A stretch of 64,000 nt of DNA from an uncultured Candidatus Saccharibacteria bacterium (lineage in GTDB: Bacteria; Patescibacteriota; Doudnabacteria; UBA920): assembly GCA_964474825.1 (NCBI GenBank), contig CAYYWQ010000001.1:229609-293608 (forward strand). The letters are read 5' to 3'. Positions 10,601-19,721 of the stretch are shown here, in pieces. The notes beneath the pieces were generated by a model. The model was not told where the DNA came from and did not search any database. It was given only the letters and a program-made list of their open reading frames with translations. A program made the translations under genes and the position numbers. Position 1 is the stretch's first letter; the number at the start of each line of letters is the position of its first letter.

Positions 10601-11260
10601 GCTGCAATTCTTGAAGCAGACGAAATAGAAAGAGCGACGGGTCCGGAAATAGCAAAAGCACTTAAGGCCTTGGAAGATCCGTACGCTGAAAGTAATCATG
10701 ATTATGCGAATTCAATGCATGCGGAACGTGGTAGGAATTATATGAAGATTAACCTGTCAAAGAAAAAAGGTGGTCAGCAAATGGATATGTTCCATGACTC
10801 TCTTATTAACGTTGGAGTAGAAGATGGAGAAGCTGTTTTAAGTGATGCGGGTACCCAAGCATTAGGTAAAATTGACGAGCAGTCAATCTACGCTTTGCTT
10901 AGGGACAACATGGCTCCCAAAACTAAAGATAAGTTTAAGCTTTATACCAAAGGGATTGCAGTCAATGAGGCAAAAACTATTGCAAAAATTCAAAATCAGT
11001 TAACTAAGGTGGTAAGAGATGAGAACCGCGAAAAAGGAGTATTTATGACAGACCCCGAGATTGCCAAGCAGGTGGAATCAAGAACAAATTTATGGCTTGC
11101 TGCTTCGGCAGGTTTGGCTTCTGGTGAGCAGGCTCAAACTGTCATGCGAGCATTTGAACTTAAAACAGATCCTAATACTAATATTACAGAAACTTTAGCA
11201 GAAAGGGATTTAAGAGTTAGGGCAGAGTTGATTAAAAAGATTAAAGACAGTCAAAAGTAA
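7631..11260 (+). CDS. Large polytopic VirB6/TrbL-like T4SS membrane protein
   Basis: Signal peptide; central multi-TM block (W..VRN..NIIFI, ALLVNFS..I....I, RIVALW.....SPIAY....LP.T......WW) typical of CPR VirB6-like proteins; charged cytoplasmic C-terminus; PrgI and VirB4 nearby. Confidence 0.75.
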   Translation: MRKLKQKFKTSVFSLVLIIILLSGLGGFFVYPKTAKAAGNVYNFSDIVLTETVEVSNNQNGPWNNVNFVRVGKDSNFYVKVTIQVASLKNTNNQVVTSFDTKNDSVFNPGWYNTNFSISGVGSSFVAKVTQEQAAAIKQKIEAGADPKTVGGIPCFKESMTSGGGAALNGVVIVGASAAVALTGGAALSAGALAVGGSAVGTAAGAAVQNVALFIAINGSTVAGGSTAATLATFRPAAASDYIKCDGPIGGSNQPGPQSPGAVPVGGTLFSSTVTVPATAYANLGLSQQADATKESSTQPVNEFFVVPNVYFSSWLGVRNDFMSTIGAGKSIYVQLYDTQENANKHASEAVPSSVPNNGSNTGSGTNLGDGGSGLLGLINKIIGIIVGILSELAYLIFYTLLAPMIQAMLSIHTYSDTFVGVIYPAWIVVRNVCNIIFIVAIIAIAMGTLFRVESYQYKHLLVQLIIAALLVNFSLVIGQAILGIADTAQNQFLPNNVEVVRSLGKNLMVQYRPDVWNMDFAGHGYFSDTVKQLFFLAMSLGSLAVFAAIAVFLVIRIVALWIFLMISPIAYVAGVLPTTAKYRSEWWSNFIKYAFFTPIMAFMLNIAAYIANMQTNNGVLNYLKVDPSTLGGSNFASFVVQISSNVILLVFLFAATMVAEKMGIYGGDIVSKVGKQGLLAPFAGAKFLTKDVAGGWVKKHYDKKTEGLASGKILPGLFGDKGGQWLSRQLFKVAHPITTVGKIREESKEERELYKARVEAAAVKVARKQFGWRRMTEDPMYLFDEHKGKELYEKEEGQWSPNEQVNVGKINRLAEESKKGDLRARVKLKFALAEAFRNRNLNEVMGGENGLAARNPELFGGPLNYNADNIRFFFQQMTEGGYLDEDFTREFLKDIGRDAYEKGDFNGAELVYSDPKTGHPHMIHMAPRDEEGNSLPVGWNDYVQKREEFIRDADAIGKRNAVTVGKAKAVTKATKNLGPGATPAQIAAEAAILEADEIERATGPEIAKALKALEDPYAESNHDYANSMHAERGRNYMKINLSKKKGGQQMDMFHDSLINVGVEDGEAVLSDAGTQALGKIDEQSIYALLRDNMAPKTKDKFKLYTKGIAVNEAKTIAKIQNQLTKVVRDENREKGVFMTDPEIAKQVESRTNLWLAASAGLASGEQAQTVMRAFELKTDPNTNITETLAERDLRVRAELIKKIKDSQK

Positions 11261-11289
11261 AAATAAAAAGTTTTTAAATTTTAGTTAAA

Positions 11290-12447
11290 ATGACCCTTGA
11301 AGAAGTAAAAGAAATAATAACCAATTCCAAATTTAATCCTGATTTAAAGCAGAGGATGGTTTTATTTTTGCCCAGGCTAGGTAAAAATTCTTTAGAGAGT
11401 TTAGGAAAGGAAGTGAGTAGGGGAGATTCGGTAATAATTGCGGAATATTTAACATCTTTATGGGAAAGCTTTGCGAATTTTTTGGACGGGCTTAAAAATA
11501 AAGACCAGAATGCGTTAAGAGACCTGTCGGAATTCTTTGCAAAAAGACTCTCAAGATTTAATGACGAAGATGAATTTTACACATTAGGCTTTGTGTTGGA
11601 CGTACGCGCTATTGGCCGAAGAGCTCAGACTCAGCTTAGCGCTGAGCAAAATAAGAAGTTGCTTGATTTTGAAATCAGAATGTTTTGGGATTTACCCAAA
11701 GAAGAGGTGCTTTATTTGCTGCGTAATAATATTTTGTATTTACTGGAAAAAATTAATCTTTTAGAGTATACCCGGGCAGCAATTTATAAAAATAATTGGG
11801 ATGAGGGTGATACGTTCAATCAACTATTCCTAGACGCATTGCTACAGAATAAAGAAATGCTAGGGAGCGGGGAATCCAAACCTGTTGGGGTATGGATTAA
11901 GGATTTTTTAAGTTTTTCTGTGCCCACACATTCTCAAGCCAGCACTTTTGGGGTTGCCGAGTTTTTGTTAAGAGGTCCTTCAATCAAAGAGCTTTCTAAA
12001 ATCGAAAAAGAAGGGTTGGCGGAAATTTTAAATTTATTTGTTTGGCTAACAGAGCCAATTATAGTTGTAGACGAAGTTCGCAAATTTATTGAAAAAACCA
12101 AAGAAGCACAGTCTGAGGAAGTGACGCCGAGTAGCTTTCAGAATACCCAAAGGTTTACTTTGCCACCCGAACTTTTAAATGCTAGTAAGCCTATTGTAAA
12201 ACCAGCAGCTCCTCCTTTAGTGCCCGCGCCGGGTAACCAGCCGGTGGCAAAAAAAGTGCAAATGGGGGAGATATCACAGCCGCAACAGATGGTCCAGCCT
12301 GAGAGGCCAACCAAAACAACAGTAAACTATATTACCCAGAAGCCCACGCAAAACCAGCAGCCAACTAAGGCTGAAAAGTATTTACAGCAGGAAATAGACA
12401 GGAAGCTACATAAACTAGAAGAAAAAACAAAGGGGAGTAAGAAGTAG
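11290..12447 (+). CDS. Hypothetical protein (helical N-terminus, Pro/Gln-rich C-terminus)
   Basis: 385-aa ORF, co-oriented within the T4SS cluster. Confidence 0.7.
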   Translation: MTLEEVKEIITNSKFNPDLKQRMVLFLPRLGKNSLESLGKEVSRGDSVIIAEYLTSLWESFANFLDGLKNKDQNALRDLSEFFAKRLSRFNDEDEFYTLGFVLDVRAIGRRAQTQLSAEQNKKLLDFEIRMFWDLPKEEVLYLLRNNILYLLEKINLLEYTRAAIYKNNWDEGDTFNQLFLDALLQNKEMLGSGESKPVGVWIKDFLSFSVPTHSQASTFGVAEFLLRGPSIKELSKIEKEGLAEILNLFVWLTEPIIVVDEVRKFIEKTKEAQSEEVTPSSFQNTQRFTLPPELLNASKPIVKPAAPPLVPAPGNQPVAKKVQMGEISQPQQMVQPERPTKTTVNYITQKPTQNQQPTKAEKYLQQEIDRKLHKLEEKTKGSKK

Positions 12448-12470
12448 ATAGTAGCTAGAATAAAGAGAAT

Positions 12471-13898
12471 ATGGAAAACGAACATCAACAAAAAATTCAA
12501 AATTTGGTTAAGGTCTCCTCTATATTAGTAGAGGCGGAAAAGAATGAGTGGTTGGAGTTAATGGATTTAATGAATGACCGCCAGCTTTTGGAATTGGAAA
12601 GAATTTTGCAGGATTCGGGCAACAACCAAAAAGCCGTGGTTGCAAAAGAAGGGGAAAAGCCCTCCCAGGTGCAATCTTTGAAAAGCAAGCCCATAGAAAC
12701 CCAACCAGTTAAAAATCCTGCCACCTCCCCTTTTAGCCATATTTTAAATTTCCCCAAAGCTCCGGGCGCGCAGCCTCTTCCTCCAATAAAGCCTTTGCCA
12801 ATAGTCCAGGCTAAGGTGGAGAGCAGGATTGTTGAGCCCAAAAAACAGTCGCCATTTTTGGCAAAACTAAAAAATATTTTTACGGAAAAAGAGTTGCCGG
12901 CTCCGCACCAGGGCGCTTTGTCAGACCATAGTGTGGTTAAGGATTTACCGGTTAAAGCTAAGCCTGTTCCGCCAAAGCCGCAGCCACATCATTTAAAACT
13001 GAAAGAACAGCTAAAGAAGCCGGTGGAGGAAGCTCCAAAGCCAAAATTGCCTGAGCCTGTCAAAAAGCCGGTAGAAGAACCTGTTTTGCCAAAAGCACCC
13101 CAGCAGCCCGAGCCAAAAAAACCGGAAAATGTAACCATAAATGTTTTTCTTAATGACCAAACAAAACAAGGGCAGGGTTTGGGCGTTGCCCAGGCCCAAA
13201 GCGCGCTAGAGCAAGTGTCTGCCGCCGGTCTGCCTACGGGCGGGAAGCCGGATGAGCTTAGCCAGCAAATTGCCGAGTCTATGTCCGCGGCGGTTCCACC
13301 CCAGGCAAAACAAAGTGTTCCTTCAAAGTCTACTCCGGCTCGTCCGTCCGATCCTGAGGTTGCCAATAATCACGCTAAAAGCGGTTGGGGACAAACAGAA
13401 GAAGGTCTAATAAATTCAAACCGCAATAAAGAAAATGTTAAAGCGGCTGTGGCTGCCGCTGTTAGCACAGTAGCTTATGGCTTAAATTTTCCTGAAGGTT
13501 CCAGTGCCGAAGCTTTAAAAAGCAGGTTAACAGGTACGAGTCAGCAATCTATTGGCGGCAAGGCTGCCCCGGCCCCTGCAGGGACAAAAATTGTGCTCCA
13601 AGAAAAGCCCGGAGACAATATAAAGCTTGAGACTTTGGCAGATATAGATGTTTTAAAGCCTGACGACCTCAAACAACACGCTACCGGCACAATGTTCCGC
13701 AAGCTCCAAAAGCTTGTGTCGGTGAACGGCCTGCACGAAGTGGTGCGCCATATGGAAATTAGTCCTTTGTACAAAGCCTATATAGAAACCGGGGTCGCGT
13801 TATTAAAAGAAGATGCCAACCGTAAGTCCGCGCCTCTTACCAGCAGCGATTTTGAACGCTTTGTAGACCTTCTTATTATGATGAGATCTAAATCTTAA
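12471..13898 (+). CDS. Hypothetical Pro/Lys-rich protein
   Basis: 475-aa ORF; disordered centre with a KKPVEE repeat; folded-looking termini. Confidence 0.7.
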   Translation: MENEHQQKIQNLVKVSSILVEAEKNEWLELMDLMNDRQLLELERILQDSGNNQKAVVAKEGEKPSQVQSLKSKPIETQPVKNPATSPFSHILNFPKAPGAQPLPPIKPLPIVQAKVESRIVEPKKQSPFLAKLKNIFTEKELPAPHQGALSDHSVVKDLPVKAKPVPPKPQPHHLKLKEQLKKPVEEAPKPKLPEPVKKPVEEPVLPKAPQQPEPKKPENVTINVFLNDQTKQGQGLGVAQAQSALEQVSAAGLPTGGKPDELSQQIAESMSAAVPPQAKQSVPSKSTPARPSDPEVANNHAKSGWGQTEEGLINSNRNKENVKAAVAAAVSTVAYGLNFPEGSSAEALKSRLTGTSQQSIGGKAAPAPAGTKIVLQEKPGDNIKLETLADIDVLKPDDLKQHATGTMFRKLQKLVSVNGLHEVVRHMEISPLYKAYIETGVALLKEDANRKSAPLTSSDFERFVDLLIMMRSKS

Positions 13899-13926
13899 GG
13901 TTTCTATGGTATAATTAATCTATTAT

Positions 13927-14367
13927 ATGCAATTTTCCGTACCACAATTTACTGAGGTAGAAGATAAAATAATTGGCCCGCTGACTATTAAGCAGTTTGG
14001 TATTATTTTTGGCGGCGGAGTTTTCGTGTTTATTGCTTTCACTCTTACAAAGAGCATGGCAGTCTTAATTATTTCCGGTTTGTTTTTTGGCTTGCCTACC
14101 TTAGGCTTAGCTTTTGGCAAACTAAACGGCAGGCCGATTTATAACATGCTAGGTAATTTGTTGGCATTTATTACCAGTCCTAAGGTTTTAATTTTCCATA
14201 AACAGGGAGTGCTAGCATCAGACAATAAGCAGAAAGACGAGGCGCTGGGAGCAAAAACAGCTGCCGATGTTAACATGAGCACTGCCGCCACCTCGCGTCA
14301 AAGACTTACCGAAGTCAATAAACTATTAGAAAAACAGGCGGCTGAGGAGAGGGAATTATTGAAATGA
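13927..14367 (+). CDS. PrgI family protein
   Basis: MQFSVPQF.EVEDKIIGPLT.KQF, two TMs, then NGRP. Confidence 0.9.
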   Translation: MQFSVPQFTEVEDKIIGPLTIKQFGIIFGGGVFVFIAFTLTKSMAVLIISGLFFGLPTLGLAFGKLNGRPIYNMLGNLLAFITSPKVLIFHKQGVLASDNKQKDEALGAKTAADVNMSTAATSRQRLTEVNKLLEKQAAEERELLK

Positions 14368-14453
14368 GCATTTAGTAGTTAGTATATAGCAGTTAGGTTT
14401 GTTAATCCCTACCTGCTAAATGCTATTTGCTACAAGCTAAGAGCTAATACCTA
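14366..14453. repeat. Inverted heptamer tandem array running into a start codon
   Basis: gagcatt-tagtagt-tagtata-tagcagt-taggttt, then atcccta-cctgcta-aatgcta-tttgcta-caagcta-agagcta-ataccta; the last A is the A of ATG. Confidence 0.85.
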
Positions 14454-15136
14454 TGAAATTAGAAATGCAGGAAAAATCCACAACAACGGCAAAGTCCACA
14501 CAAAGCTTTTTGCCTATTAGTGAAATAAAAAATGACGTGGTCGTTTTAAACAACGGCACTTTGCGCGCGATTTTGGCGGTATCCAGCACTAATTTTGACT
14601 TAAAAAGTCAGGATGAACAAAATGCCATTATTTATAATTTCCAGCGTTTTTTGAATTCTTTGGAATTTTCAGTGCAAATTTTAATGCAAAGCCGGAAAAT
14701 GGAAATTGGCACTTATTTGGAAAAGCTAAAAGGGATTGCCGAAAAACAGACAAATGAGCTGCTTAGGGTCCAGACTTTGGAATATGTGGAATTTATTAGC
14801 CGGCTTATAGAAAACGCCAGTATTATGAACAAGAATTTTTACGTTATTGTCCCGTTAGACGAAAGTATAACGCCCCAGGCGGCCGGATTTTTTAGCCGGA
14901 TTTTTGGGGGAGGTAAAACCAAGGAATTAAAGCAAAAAGTTGAAAATTTTGAAAAACTTAAAGAGAAGCTCGATAACCGGATTTCTGCGGTTAGTTCCAA
15001 TCTTTCCAGTATTGGCCTGCAATCTTCGCCGCTTAAAACAGAGGCTATTATTCAGCTCTATTACAACTCCTACAATTTTGACGCCGCTCCAACACTAGAC
15101 CCGAATAAATTAAAAGAAATGAAAATAGCGCAGTAA
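14453..15136 (+). CDS. TraC/VirB4-associated T4SS protein (PrgI-linked)
   Basis: STQ.FLPI.EIK, NF.LKS.DEQNAI...FQ.FLNSL.F.VQI motif found between prgI and virB4. Confidence 0.8.
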   Translation: MKLEMQEKSTTTAKSTQSFLPISEIKNDVVVLNNGTLRAILAVSSTNFDLKSQDEQNAIIYNFQRFLNSLEFSVQILMQSRKMEIGTYLEKLKGIAEKQTNELLRVQTLEYVEFISRLIENASIMNKNFYVIVPLDESITPQAAGFFSRIFGGGKTKELKQKVENFEKLKEKLDNRISAVSSNLSSIGLQSSPLKTEAIIQLYYNSYNFDAAPTLDPNKLKEMKIAQ

Positions 15137-15142
15137 TAATTT

Positions 15143-16987
15143 ATGTCAATTTTTAAAATAAAAACCGAAAAAGAACTGGAAGAAAAAAAATCCATGCTCC
15201 AGGAGGCGGAGCAGGAGCGTGATTTAAGCAAGAAAATTACCGATGTTGAAAAGACTTACCGTGAGGGTCTTACAACCTTGAAAGATTTAATTGCCCCGGC
15301 GAGTCTGAAGTTTGAAAGCTCTTATTTTGAATTAAACGGCAAGTTTGCACGAAGCTTCTTTGTTTTGGCATACCCCAGGTTCCTTTCCAGTAACTGGCTG
15401 TCTTTTATTATACAGGCCGAAGGCGCTCTGGATTTGTCCATGTATATTTATCCAATAGACTCCGAAACAATTTTAAAAAAGTTAAAATCTAAAGTCGGGG
15501 AGCTGGGCAGCCAAATGTCCATTAACCAGGAAAAAGGTGGCGTACGTGACCCAATGCTGGAAACGGCCTATAAAGACGTGGAAGGTTTACGGGACCAGCT
15601 TATGCAAGGTACTGAGCGTTATTTCCGTTTTGCCCTGTATTTTACTATTTACGCGGACGACTTAAAGGAATTAGACAAGAACTCTTCCACTTTGGAATCC
15701 GCTTTGGGCGCTAAACTTATTGTTACCAAGCGGGCAATAATGCAGACCCAGCAGGGTTTTAATTCCACTTTGCCTTTTGGTAAAGACGAGCTGGATGTTG
15801 GTAACAACATGAACACCAGTCCGCTGTCTACATGTTTTCCTTTTGTTTCCTCTGACTTAACGGGTAACGATGGTATTTTATATGGCATTAACCGCCACAA
15901 CAACAGTTTAATTCTGTTTGACAGGTTTGCCATGGAAAATGCCAACTCCGTAATTTTTGCCAAATCCGGCGCCGGGAAATCTTACGCGGTTAAACTGGAA
16001 GTACTGCGGCATTTAATGATAGGCACGGACGTGGTAATTATAGACCCGGAAAACGAATACAAACATTTGGCCGATGCCGTGGGTGGCACGTACTTGAGCG
16101 TTTCGTTAAATTCCAATTCCCGTATTAACCCGTTCGATTTGCCCGTTGCAATAGAAGGGGAAGACAATGCTGATGTTTTGCGCTCGTCGGTAGTTAACTT
16201 GCTTGGTTTGTTCAGTTTAATGCTCGGCAAGTTAAACCCAACGGAAGAAGCTTTAATGGACAAGGCCATTTGGCAGACTTATGCCAAAAAAGACATTACC
16301 GCGCAATCGGATTTTAAAACCGTAGAATATCCGACAATGAACGATTTAATAGAAATCCTGCATGGTATGGTGGGCGCGGAAAGTTTGGCTCAAAGGTTGA
16401 CTAAATATACCGAAGGAACTTTTGCCGGGTTATTTAACCAGCCAACCAATGTGGTTTTAAATAATCAGTTGGTGGTTTTTTCCATCCGAGATTTGGAAGA
16501 TGAATTGCGGCCCATTGCAATGTATATTATTTTAAACCATATTTGGAACATTGTGCGCAGTGAGCTAAAAAAACGCATTTTGGTGGTTGACGAAGCCTGG
16601 ATTATGATGCAGCACGAAGACAGCGCGCGGTTTTTATTTGGTATTGCCAAACGCGGGCGCAAGTATTATTTAGGTCTTACCACGGTAACCCAGGACGTTG
16701 CCGACTTTATGGCCAGTCCATACGGCAAGCCTATTGTAACCAACTCTTCCATCCAGCTGTTGTTAAAACAATCGCCGGCGGCTATAAATATTATTGCCGA
16801 CACCTTTTTCTTAACAGAAGGTGAAAAATATTTGCTTTTGGAAAGCGAAGTTGGGGAAGGTATTTTTTTTGCCGGGCTTAAGCACGCGGCAATTAAAATA
16901 TATGCATCTTATGTGGAAGACCAAATTATTACCACCGACCCAAAACAGCTTTTGGAAATTCAGGAAAGCCAGGAAAAATTAAGCTAA
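15143..16987 (+). CDS. virB4: VirB4/TraC-like conjugal transfer ATPase
   Basis: Walker A AKSGAGKS, IIDPENEY, INPFD, Walker B VVDEAW, KRGRKY, TQDV.DF. Confidence 0.92.
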   Translation: MSIFKIKTEKELEEKKSMLQEAEQERDLSKKITDVEKTYREGLTTLKDLIAPASLKFESSYFELNGKFARSFFVLAYPRFLSSNWLSFIIQAEGALDLSMYIYPIDSETILKKLKSKVGELGSQMSINQEKGGVRDPMLETAYKDVEGLRDQLMQGTERYFRFALYFTIYADDLKELDKNSSTLESALGAKLIVTKRAIMQTQQGFNSTLPFGKDELDVGNNMNTSPLSTCFPFVSSDLTGNDGILYGINRHNNSLILFDRFAMENANSVIFAKSGAGKSYAVKLEVLRHLMIGTDVVIIDPENEYKHLADAVGGTYLSVSLNSNSRINPFDLPVAIEGEDNADVLRSSVVNLLGLFSLMLGKLNPTEEALMDKAIWQTYAKKDITAQSDFKTVEYPTMNDLIEILHGMVGAESLAQRLTKYTEGTFAGLFNQPTNVVLNNQLVVFSIRDLEDELRPIAMYIILNHIWNIVRSELKKRILVVDEAWIMMQHEDSARFLFGIAKRGRKYYLGLTTVTQDVADFMASPYGKPIVTNSSIQLLLKQSPAAINIIADTFFLTEGEKYLLLESEVGEGIFFAGLKHAAIKIYASYVEDQIITTDPKQLLEIQESQEKLS

Positions 16988-17063
16988 CGATTAACGATTG
17001 ACAATTAACAATTAACTTCTGATTTTGGGGTTAAACGTTAATCGTGAATTGTTAATTGTTTTT
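16985..17063. repeat. Inverted heptamer tandem array
   Basis: taacgat-taacgat-tgacaat-taacaat-taacttc, then ggttaaa-cgttaat-cgtgaat-tgttaat-tgttttt. Confidence 0.85.
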
Positions 17064-17070
17064 TTATTTT

Positions 17071-19641
17071 ATGGCGGACGATAATAAAAATTCGACGGCA
17101 GCTTCCGCTGATCCCACGGCGAGTACGGGAAGCAGTAGTGATACCAGGCCGAGGGGTGTAACTAACGGCATAAATTTGCCCGCCAGGTTTGATGTTAGGG
17201 GCCGTAACGTATCCATAAATACAGCCCACATTAACCGTGTTTTTGTTAATGTAAGACAAAGCTCTCTTTCCATAAGAACCAATGACCAAGTTTCTTTTGA
17301 AGGAATTGGTTTGCGGCCTTATACACACATAGTTTTCGCAACAAAATCCGAAGGGCAGCCCCTTATTCCCCCTGTTCAAAAAAGCTCCGAGAGCAGCGAT
17401 GTTCAGCTGATTTTTGAAATTCCGAAAATAAATTACGATGGTCTAATAGAAATAGAAATTATCAGCAATTCTGATTCGGATTACGATAAGGCAATTAACA
17501 GCCCTTCTTTTGCTTATTTTAATAACGAGGAAGAGGATGAAAAAAATAAATCTAAAACTTCAAAGGAGACTGAAGAGGAAAGAATAAGAAGCGAAAATGA
17601 AAAGTCCCATCTTATTTCCGATTTGGTTAATGCGCCTTTGGGAGTTATTGGGGCGGCGTTTGGGGGCGCAAAAGGAACAGGCTCAAGCGCTCAGACGGGA
17701 AATAAAAAACCAGCGACTGCATCCGCTGTAACGCCCGTTAAACAGGAGGCTAATGAAGATTTTGATACGCAAGAAGAGTCCCAGGTACAAACATCCAGTG
17801 TTGTTTTAACGGAAAATGAACAACAGGCCGCGGAACTGGTTGGTGAATATATAGACAAAAATCCTGAAGTAATTAGTGACGTTAGAATTCGCAATGAAAT
17901 TTTAGGGACTTTGGGGAGCGGCCAGCAAGGCCAGGTGGATTTGTCACAACTTAGCGGAGAGGCGCGGCAAACTCTGCAGACAACAGTCGCGCAGTCTGTA
18001 AAATCTCAAACCGGCCAGGGAGCACAAAGGCTTCAGGAGGCTTATGGGCAACTGGAACAAAAAATCCAAGTTCAAGGCGGAGGCGGCGGAGGTTCTGTTA
18101 CTGCCAGCACGCAGGTGCAAGCGCAAGGCGGAGGCAGCGGGCAGGTAAGTGGAGAAGTCAAAGCTGAATCAAAGTCGGCCGCAGAAATAAAAGCTAAAAC
18201 ATCGACAGAGGCTAAAGTTTCTGGGCAAATGCAAGGACAGGCGCAAGCCTCTTTCGGTGGCGTTGCCCCTTCAGCTGCCACGGCTGAGGTTTCCGCCCAA
18301 GGGACGCAGCCGGCAAAAACCAGCCCTGTCCAGCGGCAAAATATGGAAGTGGTGGGGGAGTATTTAGACAAAAATCCAAATAAAATTTCAAGTGCAGATT
18401 CAGGGACAAGGAACAGGATTATACAGGCCTTGGCTTCGGGAAATACCGACAGCTTAAATAAAAACGACCAAGAAGTTTTAAAGAAAACTTTAAATGCGCT
18501 GGGCCAAGACAGTTTGGCTCCGGCTGCTGTTAGATTGGCCGCAGATAATTTATCTGAAGGCGAAAAGCAGCCCTCTACCGAGCCTGTAAAAACCGCTACG
18601 GGTTCACAGCAGGAAAATCTTGCCGGAGGCGCTGGTAAGCCTTTGGATTCTGCCGGTCCAAAAAATGAAGCGGAAGAAGTGGGGCGGCCCCCTAAGGAAG
18701 CTTTAGAAATATTAAACAGACTAAAAAAAGAAGAAAAACCTTTGCCTCCGGGCGTGGTTGCTCCTCCAAAGCGTGGGGCTTCCGCAATTTCCGACCGGGC
18801 AGGGTTGGGAGGGCCATTAAAAAATGGCAGTGATATTAATGGACAGACGGAAGGGGTGTCGCCAGCTAAAAATTTGCCTGCTGTTACGGAGCCTAGAACA
18901 GGAGCCGGGGAAGGCGGGGAGCCTACAAGCAATGTTAATTCCACTCAGCTGCCTAAGTCTACAGAGCAAAATCCACCAACCGAACGGCCTAATGAGGAGG
19001 CTCCGGAAGGCGGTGCGCCGGACTCAGGAATGCCTCCCGTAAACCCGAAGGCCAGCCCAACTGCGCCGGTTTCTGATCCCACCAAAACAGATGAGCCGGA
19101 ATCTGATTCTTCCACACCCGCGCTCCCTGCCGCGGCCGCAACCGGGGCTGCAAATACCGCATTAGGCAATAAAATCTATAAAGAGGTAGGTGAAGTTGCT
19201 TCCAGTCAAATTTGGTATTTTGGTTTTTCAAGCTCCTGTCTTACGCTTTTTTCCGGCTTTGATTTTATGCTTGGCGGCATTGTAATGGCGGCGTATTGGA
19301 TTTTTGGGCACAGGAAAAATAAAGAACTGTTTCCATTAAAACGGTGGCAAAAAGCCGTAACCATTTTAGCCTTTATTTTACCAATTGTGTATTTGGTTGT
19401 TACAATAGAATTAATTATTTACGTTGGCTGCAATAGCCCCGTAGAATATAATGCAATCAGTAAATACAAACTTACGTATATTGGTTCTGTGTATCCGGAT
19501 GTTTGCGAAAGTATGGGGGCGGCTACGAATACAGGGGTCGGCGCCGGTGGGGGTACTCCAACTTTAAATCCCTCGGCCCCTCCAGCCGCTGCTCCGGCTG
19601 TCCCTCCTGCAGCCCTACAACCGCGTGGCTCCAGCCAGTAA
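17071..19641 (+). CDS. Large low-complexity protein with an internal repeat and C-terminal TM segments
   Basis: ATG at 17071 (MADDNK); E.VGEY.DKNP..IS motif occurs twice; hydrophobic helices near the C-terminus. Confidence 0.7.
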   Translation: MADDNKNSTAASADPTASTGSSSDTRPRGVTNGINLPARFDVRGRNVSINTAHINRVFVNVRQSSLSIRTNDQVSFEGIGLRPYTHIVFATKSEGQPLIPPVQKSSESSDVQLIFEIPKINYDGLIEIEIISNSDSDYDKAINSPSFAYFNNEEEDEKNKSKTSKETEEERIRSENEKSHLISDLVNAPLGVIGAAFGGAKGTGSSAQTGNKKPATASAVTPVKQEANEDFDTQEESQVQTSSVVLTENEQQAAELVGEYIDKNPEVISDVRIRNEILGTLGSGQQGQVDLSQLSGEARQTLQTTVAQSVKSQTGQGAQRLQEAYGQLEQKIQVQGGGGGGSVTASTQVQAQGGGSGQVSGEVKAESKSAAEIKAKTSTEAKVSGQMQGQAQASFGGVAPSAATAEVSAQGTQPAKTSPVQRQNMEVVGEYLDKNPNKISSADSGTRNRIIQALASGNTDSLNKNDQEVLKKTLNALGQDSLAPAAVRLAADNLSEGEKQPSTEPVKTATGSQQENLAGGAGKPLDSAGPKNEAEEVGRPPKEALEILNRLKKEEKPLPPGVVAPPKRGASAISDRAGLGGPLKNGSDINGQTEGVSPAKNLPAVTEPRTGAGEGGEPTSNVNSTQLPKSTEQNPPTERPNEEAPEGGAPDSGMPPVNPKASPTAPVSDPTKTDEPESDSSTPALPAAAATGAANTALGNKIYKEVGEVASSQIWYFGFSSSCLTLFSGFDFMLGGIVMAAYWIFGHRKNKELFPLKRWQKAVTILAFILPIVYLVVTIELIIYVGCNSPVEYNAISKYKLTYIGSVYPDVCESMGAATNTGVGAGGGTPTLNPSAPPAAAPAVPPAALQPRGSSQ

Positions 19642-19721
19642 GGCCTCAATTTTGAGCCCTGAAATTTTTATGCTATAATAAATCCATATAAAAAAGTTTA
19701 GGGAAACCAAAACAAATATTT

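Noticed and set aside
18072-18944. 290-aa antisense ORF and the many other antisense ORFs inside radA, clpC, folD, rplK etc.
   Set aside because: Shadow frames of well-supported genes on the opposite strand.
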